A program made the position numbers and the translations under genes. Positions 51,939-62,265 of a stretch of DNA of 64,000 nucleotides are shown piece after piece (the first letter of the stretch is position 1; each line of letters starts with the position of its first letter). The notes under the pieces were generated by a model. It saw only the letters and a list, made by a program, of their open reading frames with translations. It was not told the origin of the DNA and did not search any database. The DNA is from an uncultured Candidatus Saccharibacteria bacterium (lineage in GTDB: Bacteria > Patescibacteriota > Saccharimonadia > Saccharimonadales > 2-12-FULL-41-12): contig CAMTYB010000001.1 of NCBI GenBank assembly GCA_947085855.1, positions 21,788-85,787 on the forward strand, read 5' to 3'.

Positions 51939-53309
51939 ATGCCAGATAACAAAGCACAGGATGCGACTCAGCTACCACAGAACCCCGAGGCAGAAGCCAG
52001 CCTACTGGGCGCAATACTCATCGACAGTGATGCCATCGTCAAAATTGCCGACAACGTAGCGGCCGACGACTTTTACGACGAAAGACACCGACACATTTAT
52101 ACAGCTATTCGTAATCTGTACGAAAAGCACAGTCCGATTGACGTTCTGACGCTAGCTAATGAGCTCCGCAACCAAGGCATAATTGATGCAGTTGGTGGGC
52201 CAGCATATCTGACCGAACTTACTAACTTTGTGCCGACCGCCGCCCACGTACTACAGTACGCCGATATTGTGGCCACCAAAGCGCTACGGCGTAAACTTAT
52301 CAAAGCCAGTAAAGATATCGCGCAGCTTAGCTATGACGAGTCTGAAGGCCTGCAAGCGTTAATTGAACAGGCAGAAACTCGTCTGTTTGAAGTAAGCCAA
52401 AAACAGATCAAGCAAGATGTCGTTAGCCTCGAGCAAGTACTCGGCGAAAGTTTTGAGCGACTTGATGAACTTCACAAAGATAAGGGGACAATCCGTGGCG
52501 TGCCGACCGGCTATAAGGACCTCGATAATATCTTGGCAGGCTTACAGAAAAGCGATTTATTCGTCTTGGCTGCCCGTCCAAGTATGGGAAAGACAGCCAT
52601 GGTGCTAAACCTGGCTCACAACGTTGCCGTCGGCTCAGGCCAACCGGTGCTCATCTTCAGCCTGGAAATGGGCAAAGAACAGCTCGTTGACCGCATGCTG
52701 GCTCGTGAATCTGGCGTCGATGCTTGGGCTCTCAGAACAGGCAACTTAACTGATGCTGATTTTGAGAAAATCGCCCATGCCATGGGCACTTTGAGCGAAG
52801 CGCCTGTTTATATTGACGATAGTCCCGGTATTACCGTCAGCGATATGCGCACCAAAGCTCGACGCGAAGCCCACCAGCGACCACTTGGGTTAGTGATCGT
52901 CGATTACCTGCAGCTTATGAGTGGCGGCACTAAGTTTGGTGGCGGTGACGGTAACCGAACTCAAGAAATTTCGGAAATTTCTCGTGGCCTAAAGGGAATT
53001 GCTCGCGAACTTAATGTGCCCGTATTGGCCTTGAGTCAGCTAAGTCGCTCAGTAGAAAGCCGCAATCCGCAAATTCCACAACTAGCCGACCTCCGTGAGT
53101 CTGGTTCGATTGAGCAAGACGCTGATGTGGTAGCCTTTTTGTACAGAGAAGAGTACTACAACCCAGAAACTGAACGTAAAAACATTATGGACGTTTTCAT
53201 CAAAAAGCACCGTAATGGTCCAACCGACAGCGTCGAGCTTTATTTTGACCGCGAAAAGCAGCGAATTCGCAGCATCGACAAGCGACAAGCTTCACCATTC
53301 GATAACTAG
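51939..53309 (+). CDS. dnaB: replicative DNA helicase
   Basis: PQNPEAEASLLGAIL, ARPSMGKTA (Walker A), IVDYLQLM, SQLSR, ADLRESGSIEQDAD. Confidence 0.95.
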   Translation: MPDNKAQDATQLPQNPEAEASLLGAILIDSDAIVKIADNVAADDFYDERHRHIYTAIRNLYEKHSPIDVLTLANELRNQGIIDAVGGPAYLTELTNFVPTAAHVLQYADIVATKALRRKLIKASKDIAQLSYDESEGLQALIEQAETRLFEVSQKQIKQDVVSLEQVLGESFERLDELHKDKGTIRGVPTGYKDLDNILAGLQKSDLFVLAARPSMGKTAMVLNLAHNVAVGSGQPVLIFSLEMGKEQLVDRMLARESGVDAWALRTGNLTDADFEKIAHAMGTLSEAPVYIDDSPGITVSDMRTKARREAHQRPLGLVIVDYLQLMSGGTKFGGGDGNRTQEISEISRGLKGIARELNVPVLALSQLSRSVESRNPQIPQLADLRESGSIEQDADVVAFLYREEYYNPETERKNIMDVFIKKHRNGPTDSVELYFDREKQRIRSIDKRQASPFDN

Positions 53310-53370
53310 GCTTGAGGCTGGAGAAGAGTTCTGAGATAGGGCCTCGTCAATCTGCTACAATAAAGCGTAC

Positions 53371-54552
53371 ATGAAAAAACAATTCAAAAAGCTAAAAGAC
53401 CTGGTCATTCGCCCAGTACCATTATCGGTGGGATTGTTTTTGTTTACCGCCAGTCTACTCCTCTATAAGTTGCTTACCCTCGTACCGTTTGGTCAGCGCG
53501 AGCAGGCACAAGAAATTGGTGCCGCTAGCCTCAGCCAAATCAAAACCGAAGTCTTATTTGCGCCTATGAAAGGTCTGCAATTTGCCATTATTAAATTTGG
53601 CGACAACGACGCATGGTTGCGTTTTGCGTCAGTGGCCGTTGGACTCGTAGCAGCCTACTTTCTCTATTTGATGCTCCGCAAGTGGTACACACCGCGCGTA
53701 TCACTTCTTACCACACTGATGTTTGTAAGTTCCAGTTGGTTTTTGCACGTCAGCCGGCTGGCGAGCCAGGACGTGATGTACCTGAGCGTGGTACCGGGCT
53801 TAATTTTGATCTGTTTATGGTTCCTCTCCAAGAAAAATGACTTGAAGTTACCGCTTGCTGCCATACTGCTTGGACTCTTACTCTACGTGCCAGGTGCAGC
53901 TATTTTATTGTTGGCTGCGCTCGTGTTATTTCGCAAATATTTGGTCAAAACAATACCAAAATTACCGCTAAAATTTAAACTTCTTGGTTCACTGGCATTC
54001 TTAGTAACACTTGCGCCATTGTTTTATAGTTTTGCTTTTCGTCAGCGTCAAATTATTGAGTGGCTTGGCTTTAATGAACATCAATCTTTTGATGCAAGCT
54101 CCATAGCTGCTAACTTGATAGAAATTCCGAGGCAGCTATTTGTAAGCGGCCCTTCGGACGCTGCAGTCTGGCTTGTTGGCACCCCTGTGCTTGATATCTT
54201 TAGCGTCGTCATGCTTGGTCTTGGCATTTACGCGTATCGAGCCGGGTATTATCCGGCTCGTGAGCGGCTGGTTTTTTCACTTTTGGCAGTCACATTTGTG
54301 ATTATCTGGCTTGGTAACGTCGCTACGATAAGCCTCATGTTGCCACTTTTGTATGTTTTTATCGCCAATGGTATTGCCTACATGCTACAGAGCTGGTTTA
54401 CGGTGTTTCCTCGGAATCCGTTGGCTCGATCGATTGGTATAGCCACCGTTACAGTTGTGGTTTTAATTTCGTGCAGCTATCACATTCAGCGTTATTTTGT
54501 GGCGTGGCCACAGGCCGAACACACCAAGCGTACCCTGTTAATTAGTCAGTAG
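53371..54552 (+). CDS. polytopic membrane protein (possible GT-C-type glycosyltransferase)
   Basis: ~10 hydrophobic helices; overall resembles ArnT/PMT-like topology; no catalytic motif verified. Confidence 0.4.
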   Translation: MKKQFKKLKDLVIRPVPLSVGLFLFTASLLLYKLLTLVPFGQREQAQEIGAASLSQIKTEVLFAPMKGLQFAIIKFGDNDAWLRFASVAVGLVAAYFLYLMLRKWYTPRVSLLTTLMFVSSSWFLHVSRLASQDVMYLSVVPGLILICLWFLSKKNDLKLPLAAILLGLLLYVPGAAILLLAALVLFRKYLVKTIPKLPLKFKLLGSLAFLVTLAPLFYSFAFRQRQIIEWLGFNEHQSFDASSIAANLIEIPRQLFVSGPSDAAVWLVGTPVLDIFSVVMLGLGIYAYRAGYYPARERLVFSLLAVTFVIIWLGNVATISLMLPLLYVFIANGIAYMLQSWFTVFPRNPLARSIGIATVTVVVLISCSYHIQRYFVAWPQAEHTKRTLLISQ

Positions 54553-54594
54553 TTTGTTACAATATAGGGACACAAACGAAAAGGAGTTAGACTG

Positions 54595-54888
54595 GTGAGT
54601 AGATTTGACCAAGCCAAGATGCTGATGAAGGTTAAGAAGATGCAGAAAGAGCTGCAGAAGCAGGTTATTACCGTATCTGCAGGCGACGAAGCCGTAACGG
54701 TAGAAATTACTGGTGAGCAGAAGATTAAACGGATTCACATCGACCCTGAGCGCGTTGACCTCGACGACATTCGAACGACTGAAAAGTATGTAGAAGAAGC
54801 CGTTAAGCAAGCTATCTCGGAGAGCCAAAAAGTTGCTGCCGAAAAAATGCAACCAATGATGGGTATGCTCGGCAACTTAGGCCTCTAA
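54595..54888 (+). CDS. ybaB: nucleoid-associated protein YbaB/EbfC
   Basis: ...MLMKVKKMQKELQK....V..S.G...V.V...G...I..I.I; GTG start; precedes recR. Confidence 0.85.
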   Translation: MSRFDQAKMLMKVKKMQKELQKQVITVSAGDEAVTVEITGEQKIKRIHIDPERVDLDDIRTTEKYVEEAVKQAISESQKVAAEKMQPMMGMLGNLGL

Positions 54889-54944
54889 GTAATCTGCTTG
54901 CCCGGTTAGACCCGGACTCGACGATCTAGAAAGACAAACAAACT

Positions 54945-55553
54945 ATGTCAAATGTTCTACCAAAAGCTCTCCAAGCTGCCATTGAAGCACTCGGTGTACT
55001 ACCCGGCGTTGGGCCGCGCAGTGCCGAACGCTACGCTTACTTTTTACTCCGAACCGATCCAGTCAAAAGCCACCAATTGGCCACCGTCTTAGATGACTTA
55101 CATAAAAACATTGCTTATTGCCCCAAAACGTTTGCTTTGATTGACGCGCATGAGGACGTCTCGCCACTCTATACCGATCCTACGCGCGACAAAACCGTTG
55201 TAGCAGTCGTAGAAGACCCCTTTGATATCGCTGCACTCGAGCGAACCGGCCAGTTTAAGGGTACGTACCATGTTTTGGGTGGACTTATTTCGCCAATTGA
55301 TAACGTTGGGCCAGAAAAGCTACACATCAAGCAATTAATTGAACGGATTGACCACGACAAAGTAACAGAATTAATTCTAGCCACCAATGCGAGCGTAGAA
55401 GGTGAGTCAACCGCTCTCTATATCGCCCAAGAAATTGGTGATCGAGGCGTCAAAATTACTCGTCTGGCTCGTGGTTTGCCAATAGGCTTAGACCTGGAAT
55501 ATGCCGACCAAATCACCCTGGCTCGCGCCCTCGAAGGCAGGCAAGTGCTCTAA
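54945..55553 (+). CDS. recR: recombination protein RecR (zinc-finger Cys tetrad not visible)
   Basis: LPGVGPRSAERYAYFLL; Toprim VVEDPFDIAALERTG.F.G.YHVLGG.ISP. Confidence 0.93.
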   Translation: MSNVLPKALQAAIEALGVLPGVGPRSAERYAYFLLRTDPVKSHQLATVLDDLHKNIAYCPKTFALIDAHEDVSPLYTDPTRDKTVVAVVEDPFDIAALERTGQFKGTYHVLGGLISPIDNVGPEKLHIKQLIERIDHDKVTELILATNASVEGESTALYIAQEIGDRGVKITRLARGLPIGLDLEYADQITLARALEGRQVL

Positions 55554-56602
55554 TGGCTCGCGATACTGTCCATGCTATCAAACAGGCTGTTGAGCAAGCT
55601 CAGCATATTGTTGTAGTGCAAGCCGACAATCCTGACGGCGACAGTCTTTCAAGTGCTCTGGCGCTCGAAAGCATCCTAGGAGACCTTGGAAAAGACGTGA
55701 CACTCTACTGCGGGGTAAACATTCCAACCTATTTGCGCCACCTCGAAGGTTGGGACAGAGTCCAGGCCGAACTGCCGCATAGCTTTGACCTCAGTATTAT
55801 CGTTGACACGAGCGCCCGCAGTTTACTGGAGCAATTAGACACAAGTGGCGAAATTAAATGGCTGGCTGCTAAGCCAAGTATTATCATCGACCACCACACG
55901 GCTTCTGAGCCAACGATTGATTTTGCAACTATCGCACACATTGTGCCAGGCGTGTCCGCCACAGAGGTTATTTATGAGCTCAGCCAAGCGCTATCGTGGC
56001 AGCGCGATCACACTGCCAACTATATGATTGCAGCTGGTATTTTATCCGACAGCCTGGGACTCATGAGCGAGGGTACCTCTCCGCGCAGTATTCACATAAT
56101 CGCCGAATTAGTCGAACAAGGCGTTAGTATTCCTGAGTTAGAAAATGCCCGTCGTAGTACTCAGAAAAAGAGCCAAGCGATCCTGGATTACAAAGGCAGG
56201 CTGTTGCAGCGAGTGGAGTATGAGGCTGACCAGAGAATTGCCACAGTCACGATTCCATGGGAAGAAATTGAAAAGTATAGCAACGAATACAATCCATCGA
56301 TGTTAGTCATTGATGAAATGCGCATGGTTGATGATGTGTCGATTGCAATTGCCTTTAAGACATACCCTGACGGCCGTATTACGGGTAAAATTCGAGCCAA
56401 CTATGGTTTCGCTATCGCTGCCGATCTAGCCAGCCACTTTGGTGGCGGCGGTCATCCATACGCTGCTGGTTTCCGAATAACTGACGGCAGATCAATTAGC
56501 CAGGTAAAGTCAGAATGTATCGAGCGTGCGACGCAACTTCTTGATACACTTAAACAAGGTACTGACAATGAAACTATTCAACACCAACACGCGATCGATT
56601 GA
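55553..56602 (+). CDS. DHH/DHHA1 phosphoesterase (NrnA-like oligoribonuclease/pAp phosphatase)
   Basis: DNPDGDSLSS, IIVDTS, IIIDHH, GGGGHPYAAGF. Confidence 0.85.
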   Translation: MARDTVHAIKQAVEQAQHIVVVQADNPDGDSLSSALALESILGDLGKDVTLYCGVNIPTYLRHLEGWDRVQAELPHSFDLSIIVDTSARSLLEQLDTSGEIKWLAAKPSIIIDHHTASEPTIDFATIAHIVPGVSATEVIYELSQALSWQRDHTANYMIAAGILSDSLGLMSEGTSPRSIHIIAELVEQGVSIPELENARRSTQKKSQAILDYKGRLLQRVEYEADQRIATVTIPWEEIEKYSNEYNPSMLVIDEMRMVDDVSIAIAFKTYPDGRITGKIRANYGFAIAADLASHFGGGGHPYAAGFRITDGRSISQVKSECIERATQLLDTLKQGTDNETIQHQHAID

Positions 56603-57965
56603 GGAGATCACTCCACTCCACGACAACACCATTGGCTTTTACGCCTGCGGTCCAACCGTCTACGCTACACCCCAGATTGGTAACTGGGTGGCCTATATCC
56701 GCTGGGATGCATTAGCTCGAACACTTCGCCAGTCATTTGACCTCAACTGGTACATCAATATTACCGATGTCGGGCATTTAGTGAGTGACGCTGATGATGG
56801 CGAAGATAAGCTCGAAAAAGGAGCACGACGTGAAGGCCTTACCGCGTGGGAAGTCGCCGAAACGTACACCAAGGAATTTGTAGACGGTCTTGATGCTCTC
56901 AATATTTCGATTGATCGATCGCACCTCGTGAAGGCCACCGACAACATCGATGAGCAAATCCAACTTATTACTGCGCTCGAACAAAAAGGCTACACCTATA
57001 TCATCAAGGATGGTGTTTATTTTGATAGTACGAAGTTTGCAGATTACGGCAAGATGGCTCGACTCGATATTGCAGGCTTGCAGGCCGGTGCCCGGGTAGA
57101 CGTTGGCGAGAAAAAACACTCCACTGATTTTGCGCTCTGGAAATTTACCCCCAAGGGCCAACGCCGCGACATGGAATGGGACAGTCCGTGGGGCACAGGC
57201 TTTCCAGGCTGGCACATTGAGTGTTCGGCCATGGCCATGAAGTACTTGGGCGAAACGCTCGACATCCACGCCGGTGGCATCGACCATATTCCGGTTCACC
57301 ACACCAATGAAATTGCCCAATCAGAGGCCGCCACTGGCAAACCGTTTGCCAAAACCTGGGTACATAGCAACTTTATGCTAGTAGATGGCCAGAAGATCTC
57401 TAAAAGTTTACAAAATGGCTTTACCCTAGCTGATTTAGCCAAAAAGGGCTTTGACGCACTCGACTTGCGCATGCTCGTACTGCAAAGCCATTTCCAGACT
57501 GAGTCTAATTTTACATGGGAAGTACTAGCAGCTGCCCGTACCCGTCGCAAAGAACTACAGGCCGCCGCAGACCAACGTTATCAGCTGCACACGAGCGCGA
57601 CGTATGAAAATATTGATTTTGCAGATGTCGGCAGGCAGATACAGGCTGTACTCGACAATAATTTGAATACGCCACAGGCGTTAGCTTTAGTCAGTTCGCT
57701 CGTAAACGACATCGAGAAGCATGGTGTTTCTCAAACTCAGGCTGCAGAATTTAGCGAGCTGCTACAACTGCTAGACGACTTACTTGGCTTTAATGTACTG
57801 ACATCTGAAGACATCACAGGTGAACAGCAAAGCATCATACAAGAGCGAGAAGCAGCCCGTAACGCTAAAGACTGGGCTACATCCGACAAACTGCGCGACA
57901 CACTACAAACCGAAGGTATCGGTCTAAACGATACCGCGCGTGGTACCGTGTGGTACAGGCTTTAG
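56568..57965 (+). CDS. cysS: cysteine--tRNA ligase
   Basis: FYACGPTVYATPQIGN, NITDVGH, PGWHIECSAM, HHTNEIAQSEA, KISKSL; track start trimmed to ATG 56568 (overlaps previous gene by 35 nt). Confidence 0.9.
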   Translation: MKLFNTNTRSIEEITPLHDNTIGFYACGPTVYATPQIGNWVAYIRWDALARTLRQSFDLNWYINITDVGHLVSDADDGEDKLEKGARREGLTAWEVAETYTKEFVDGLDALNISIDRSHLVKATDNIDEQIQLITALEQKGYTYIIKDGVYFDSTKFADYGKMARLDIAGLQAGARVDVGEKKHSTDFALWKFTPKGQRRDMEWDSPWGTGFPGWHIECSAMAMKYLGETLDIHAGGIDHIPVHHTNEIAQSEAATGKPFAKTWVHSNFMLVDGQKISKSLQNGFTLADLAKKGFDALDLRMLVLQSHFQTESNFTWEVLAAARTRRKELQAAADQRYQLHTSATYENIDFADVGRQIQAVLDNNLNTPQALALVSSLVNDIEKHGVSQTQAAEFSELLQLLDDLLGFNVLTSEDITGEQQSIIQEREAARNAKDWATSDKLRDTLQTEGIGLNDTARGTVWYRL

Positions 57966-57971
57966 TTAAGG

Positions 57972-59060
57972 CTACGCTTCCTTCAGATTCTTGCCAGACC
58001 GCTGATCAAAGTAGTCTTCAACTAGAATCTTTATGCACCCAGCAATTGGTATTGACACAACAGCACCCAAAAATCCACCGAAGCCAATACCTAAGATAGC
58101 AGCAACAAATACGATCAATGGCGTCAAGTTGCTGCCACGAGACTGTACATAAGGTTGAATGGTTACATTTTCGATCTGTTGGTAGACGATAAAGTAAATA
58201 CCGACAGCAATCGCCAGTGGCACAGAGACTAGCAGGCACGCCAGTACAACGATAATCGAACCAATAATGGTTCCGATTAACGGCAGCAGAGCAAACATGC
58301 CAATAATGCCTCCAAGCGCAATGGCATTGACCGGCGCATCAAAGACCTGACTCATGATATAGATCACTATGGTTGCAAACAAACCACCCAGCAAGGCTAT
58401 AAAAACTTGGCCGTTAAAGTAGTTCGTCACCACCCGGTACATTCGTTTTGCCAGCGTTTGCCGATGGGCACGCTTCTTTGGATCTTGAATTGCCCAAAAG
58501 CGATTGAGCCACGTATGGCCTTCTACCAGCATCATAAAGGTTAAAACCAGTACAGTAACAAGGCTAATCAAGGCTGAGCCGATGGTGCCAACGGTCGACA
58601 ATAGAGGGCCGTTGATGTCGCTAAAACGGTTGCCAAATTCATCAGAAAACTTATTGACGTCTTCTTCTAAATTATATTTTTGAACGAAATTGTTAAAGCT
58701 TGAATCTTCCCGCGTAACATTCTCGATCGTATTCGGTACTTCCTGCACAAAATCAACAGTTTGTCGGATCAGCGGCGGTACTACAAATGATATAAACAAG
58801 CCCAGGAAGGCGATAACCAACACATAGGCTGCGGCAGTAGCCTTAACTCGACTTGGTGCCCGTAAACGATTAGCGATTGCCGTTACAATCGGGTTCAAAC
58901 CAAGCGCAAAAAAGAACGAGATAGCTATCAACGTCAATGAATGAGCAATGCGTTCAAAAAAACTCAGCGCCAGCAAGGTTATTACAACCAGCACGAGTAC
59001 ACGAACGACCGTGCCAGATTCAATGTTGATGACGACTTGTTTGTCTGATAGTTTAAACAT
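57972..59060 (-). CDS. AI-2E family transporter (PerM/UPF0118)
   Basis: ~8 TM helices, family-typical layout with central soluble loop. Confidence 0.7.
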   Translation of the reverse strand: MFKLSDKQVVINIESGTVVRVLVLVVITLLALSFFERIAHSLTLIAISFFFALGLNPIVTAIANRLRAPSRVKATAAAYVLVIAFLGLFISFVVPPLIRQTVDFVQEVPNTIENVTREDSSFNNFVQKYNLEEDVNKFSDEFGNRFSDINGPLLSTVGTIGSALISLVTVLVLTFMMLVEGHTWLNRFWAIQDPKKRAHRQTLAKRMYRVVTNYFNGQVFIALLGGLFATIVIYIMSQVFDAPVNAIALGGIIGMFALLPLIGTIIGSIIVVLACLLVSVPLAIAVGIYFIVYQQIENVTIQPYVQSRGSNLTPLIVFVAAILGIGFGGFLGAVVSIPIAGCIKILVEDYFDQRSGKNLKEA

Positions 59061-59085
59061 TTTTACCTCTGTAATACTGTTCTTA

Positions 59086-60222
59086 TTATCGTTGGCTGCG
59101 AGTCTTTTTGCAAGTACGGTAGAACTGTTCTACCTGTTTACCGACAACTTCTACGTCAAATTGCTGCACAAGCTTCTGTTGTTTGGTGTACAATTTTTCT
59201 CGTTTCTGGGGATTTACCAAAAAACTATGCAGCTGTTCAGCTAACACATCCGGCTGACTGGCCTCGACAATCGCCTCTGGCGTGTCCGACAATACACTCT
59301 GATAGCCTGGGTTATTACCTCCCAACACAACCGGACGTCCAGCCGCCATGGCTTCCAGTAAGACAATCCCAAAACTTTCTCCAGCCAGTGCCGGGAAAAC
59401 CGCAATATCAGCCCGCTGCAGTACGGCAATTTTTTTGGCTTCGCTCACAAAGCCATGAAACGTAACTTGCTGGGTCAAACCAGCCTCTGCGACCATGGTT
59501 TGCAGCGTAGCTTTAAGAGGCCCTTCGCCACACAGCTCGAGCGTGGTCGACTGTTCAAGACGACCGCTTTCATGTAATTGCACCAACGCACTGATGAGTT
59601 GTCGGCAACCTTTGCGCTCGACTAAGCGACCGACAAAGACAATTCGTAGTCCTGAGCCTTTTTTGACTGCAACTTTTTTACTCGGCCGAAAGGACTTGGT
59701 AGAAACAGCGTTTGGGATTATCTCACTCGTAATGCCAAAGGTCTGTCTGGCAAAGCGGGCTGCTGGCTGTGACACACTCATGAAGCCATCAAAACGACGC
59801 ACGTTATTCCACAGGACTAAGCCGAGTAGCCACGTACCGATGTACGCCAGAGCCCCAAACGGCAAAATGTGAAAGGTCCCGACAATAACTGTGTCTGGTG
59901 CTGCTCGCCGAACAACTTTAGCTCCCATAAATGGGCTGTGTGGTGTTTGGACGTGCAGCACATCAAATTTTTCTTTTTCTAACAGTGCTGTAATGTTTCG
60001 ACCTGAGGTAGGCAAGGGGATAGTCAGCGAGTTGCCATTAAAGTGTACCCGTATATTTTTGGCCATGGAATGCAAGTTCGGTATATCATCACGCTGCGTT
60101 TCACCAACCAAATAGTGTACTTCGTGACCACGACTTCGCATGTAAGTTCCGAGCATTATAATATACTGCTGTACGCCATCTGGTTTGTTTAAGCCGTCGT
60201 CCAGCACAAAACCAATCTTCAT
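59086..60222 (-). CDS. glycosyltransferase family 4 (GT-B)
   Basis: MKIGFVLDD..., C-terminal FPALAGESFGIVLLEAMAAGRPVV (E-x7-E). Confidence 0.85.
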   Translation of the reverse strand: MKIGFVLDDGLNKPDGVQQYIIMLGTYMRSRGHEVHYLVGETQRDDIPNLHSMAKNIRVHFNGNSLTIPLPTSGRNITALLEKEKFDVLHVQTPHSPFMGAKVVRRAAPDTVIVGTFHILPFGALAYIGTWLLGLVLWNNVRRFDGFMSVSQPAARFARQTFGITSEIIPNAVSTKSFRPSKKVAVKKGSGLRIVFVGRLVERKGCRQLISALVQLHESGRLEQSTTLELCGEGPLKATLQTMVAEAGLTQQVTFHGFVSEAKKIAVLQRADIAVFPALAGESFGIVLLEAMAAGRPVVLGGNNPGYQSVLSDTPEAIVEASQPDVLAEQLHSFLVNPQKREKLYTKQQKLVQQFDVEVVGKQVEQFYRTCKKTRSQR

Positions 60223-60224
60223 GA

Positions 60225-61364
60225 CTAACTCGCTTGAGCGTGCCCATGCTTTTTGGCATAGGCCGCTTGGTAGAGCGTTACATACTGATCAACTATTCGC
60301 TCATAATCATACTTTTTGACTTCTTCCAGCGCCCATTTGCGCCAGAGTGTCCGCAACTCTTCGTCGGTACCTAACAACGCCAAGCGGCGAGCAAATTCAA
60401 CCGTATCCTTGGGATTAACTAAAGAAAGCTGGCCTTTACCTTTCAGCACACCTTCATAACCAGTGTTATTGCCAGCCACGGTCACGCAGCCGCTCGCCAT
60501 AGCTTCTAAGAGAACGATACCAAAGCTTTCGCCGTACAGAGCAGGCGAACAAAAAACATCGCTTTGGCGCATAAGCTCTGATTTTTCAGTGTCCTCGATG
60601 TAACCCAAGAATTCAACATCACGAATCTTGTTATCCTTAACTATGCTTTCCAGACGTTCTCGTTCAGGACCATCACCAGCGATCAGCAACATAAATTCCG
60701 GGTGCAGTTCTTTGAGGAGGGCAAAGGCTTCCAGCAAATAACGAACGCCTTTGCGCTTTTCTAAACGGCCAACATATAAAATTGTCCGTTTCTTGGGGTC
60801 AGATGACCATTCAGTTGATGGTGCGTATTTCTGTAAGTCAATACCGTTACCAATGATGGTGATCTTCCGGTCAGTCAGCGAGCCAATCAGGTTTGTCGCC
60901 GTAGTCGATACGGCTGTCATAATGTCGATGTACTTCAAAATTGATTTTGTATACGGCGTGATGATCTTCTCGACCGTTTTAGATGTCCGGCGCTCACTCA
61001 TGGCAGCGTGAAAGGTCGCGATATGAATAGCATCGGAGCGGCTCATGATCTGAATAGATAGCATTGGATTCCACGGTTCGTGAAAATGAATAATGTCAAA
61101 CTTTTCACGCTTCAGCATTTCGGTCAGGCTAGACATGTCAACACTGGCCGAAATATCGCCTTGGGTCCGTGCTGCCCGAAACGGAACCGATCCACCAAGA
61201 AAAATAATACCTTCCGGCGCCTTCAACTTTTTGTCGCGAGGCTGTGGGGTGATGATATACGCCTCATGGCCACGAGCTACAATGCCTTCACGGAGCGCCA
61301 AGACAACTTCTTGGACTCCGCCACCACGAAACATATTGTAGGGACAAACTAATCCTACCTTCAT
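60225..61364 (-). CDS. glycosyltransferase family 4 (GT-B)
   Basis: MKVGLVCPY..., SPALYGESFGIVLLEAMASGCVTV. Confidence 0.85.
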   Translation of the reverse strand: MKVGLVCPYNMFRGGGVQEVVLALREGIVARGHEAYIITPQPRDKKLKAPEGIIFLGGSVPFRAARTQGDISASVDMSSLTEMLKREKFDIIHFHEPWNPMLSIQIMSRSDAIHIATFHAAMSERRTSKTVEKIITPYTKSILKYIDIMTAVSTTATNLIGSLTDRKITIIGNGIDLQKYAPSTEWSSDPKKRTILYVGRLEKRKGVRYLLEAFALLKELHPEFMLLIAGDGPERERLESIVKDNKIRDVEFLGYIEDTEKSELMRQSDVFCSPALYGESFGIVLLEAMASGCVTVAGNNTGYEGVLKGKGQLSLVNPKDTVEFARRLALLGTDEELRTLWRKWALEEVKKYDYERIVDQYVTLYQAAYAKKHGHAQAS

Positions 61365-61452
61365 TTGCCCAAATTATAGCACGAAAACAAACACTTACGG
61401 CTGTATGGGCACTCTTTGAGGATCTGCGCTATCAATTTAAACACCTCTGGCG

Positions 61453-62247
61453 CTAATTAACGAGACGCATACTCAAGCCCTTGCCGCCAAACTCTTGGCA
61501 GACAAAAGCCGGCTCTTGTGGCTTGCTGAGACGAGGGTCATACTTATAGCCAATATCATCAAAGCCAGCGACGTCCTGACTGCTCGTAATTTCGTGCCGT
61601 ATCAACCAACTCGCCAGCGCTCCCCGGGCGATCTTGCTATGAACCACGACAAACGTTGGCTTACCGGTTTTGGGATCAACTGTCCAAAAGGTAGGGGTAA
61701 TGATGCGCTCAGGCTCAACATAAGGAGTAATCGTCTTGCTATACTCCACTGATGAAGTGTTAATAATGACCTCGTCGACTGGCAATGTCGACGCAATACG
61801 ATCACCCCAAAAGGCGTACAGGTCACGATATTGTCTGGCAGGCAAACGATAACCCATCTCTAAGCGATACGGGTAAATACCGTCAAGCGGTCGCAAAATA
61901 CCATACAGACCAGAGAAGATACGAAGGGTTCGCTGAGCGAAGTCTCGGTTTGCCTCTGACCATTTACTGGCCTGGAGGCCGCTATAGATGTCGCCAATAA
62001 AGCAATCGACCGCGGCTTGCTGCGCATCTGGTCGACTGGTCCAAGCTGCCAGTAGGTCATGTGTTTTGTCCGCCAATTTGCCAGAAACCTTCATGGCTGT
62101 GGCTAACTCGGCAGAGGAAAGCGTCTTCACGTATTGAACGAGCTCCTCTGCTTGAGGCAAGAACTGTGGAATCGAAATTGGCAGGCGGGTCTTGTCGGCC
62201 AATTCGGGTTGGCGCATCGTTTTGGAGGAGTGGAGCAATATGATCAT
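61453..62247 (-). CDS. yaaA: peroxide stress protein YaaA (DUF328/UPF0246)
   Basis: MIILLHSSKTM..., GDIYSGL, FSGLYGILRPLDGIYPYRLEMG. Confidence 0.88.
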   Translation of the reverse strand: MIILLHSSKTMRQPELADKTRLPISIPQFLPQAEELVQYVKTLSSAELATAMKVSGKLADKTHDLLAAWTSRPDAQQAAVDCFIGDIYSGLQASKWSEANRDFAQRTLRIFSGLYGILRPLDGIYPYRLEMGYRLPARQYRDLYAFWGDRIASTLPVDEVIINTSSVEYSKTITPYVEPERIITPTFWTVDPKTGKPTFVVVHSKIARGALASWLIRHEITSSQDVAGFDDIGYKYDPRLSKPQEPAFVCQEFGGKGLSMRLVN

Positions 62248-62265
62248 TGCTTACAGCATAGCAGG

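Noticed and set aside
56568-56690. CysRS has QIGN where the class I HIGH motif is expected (CGPTVYATPQIGNWV).
   Set aside because: HIGN is common in CysRS (e.g. Bacillus), so only the first His to Gln change is unusual. The remaining catalytic motifs (PGWHIECSAM, KISKSL) are intact. One substitution read by eye is not enough to claim an altered function.
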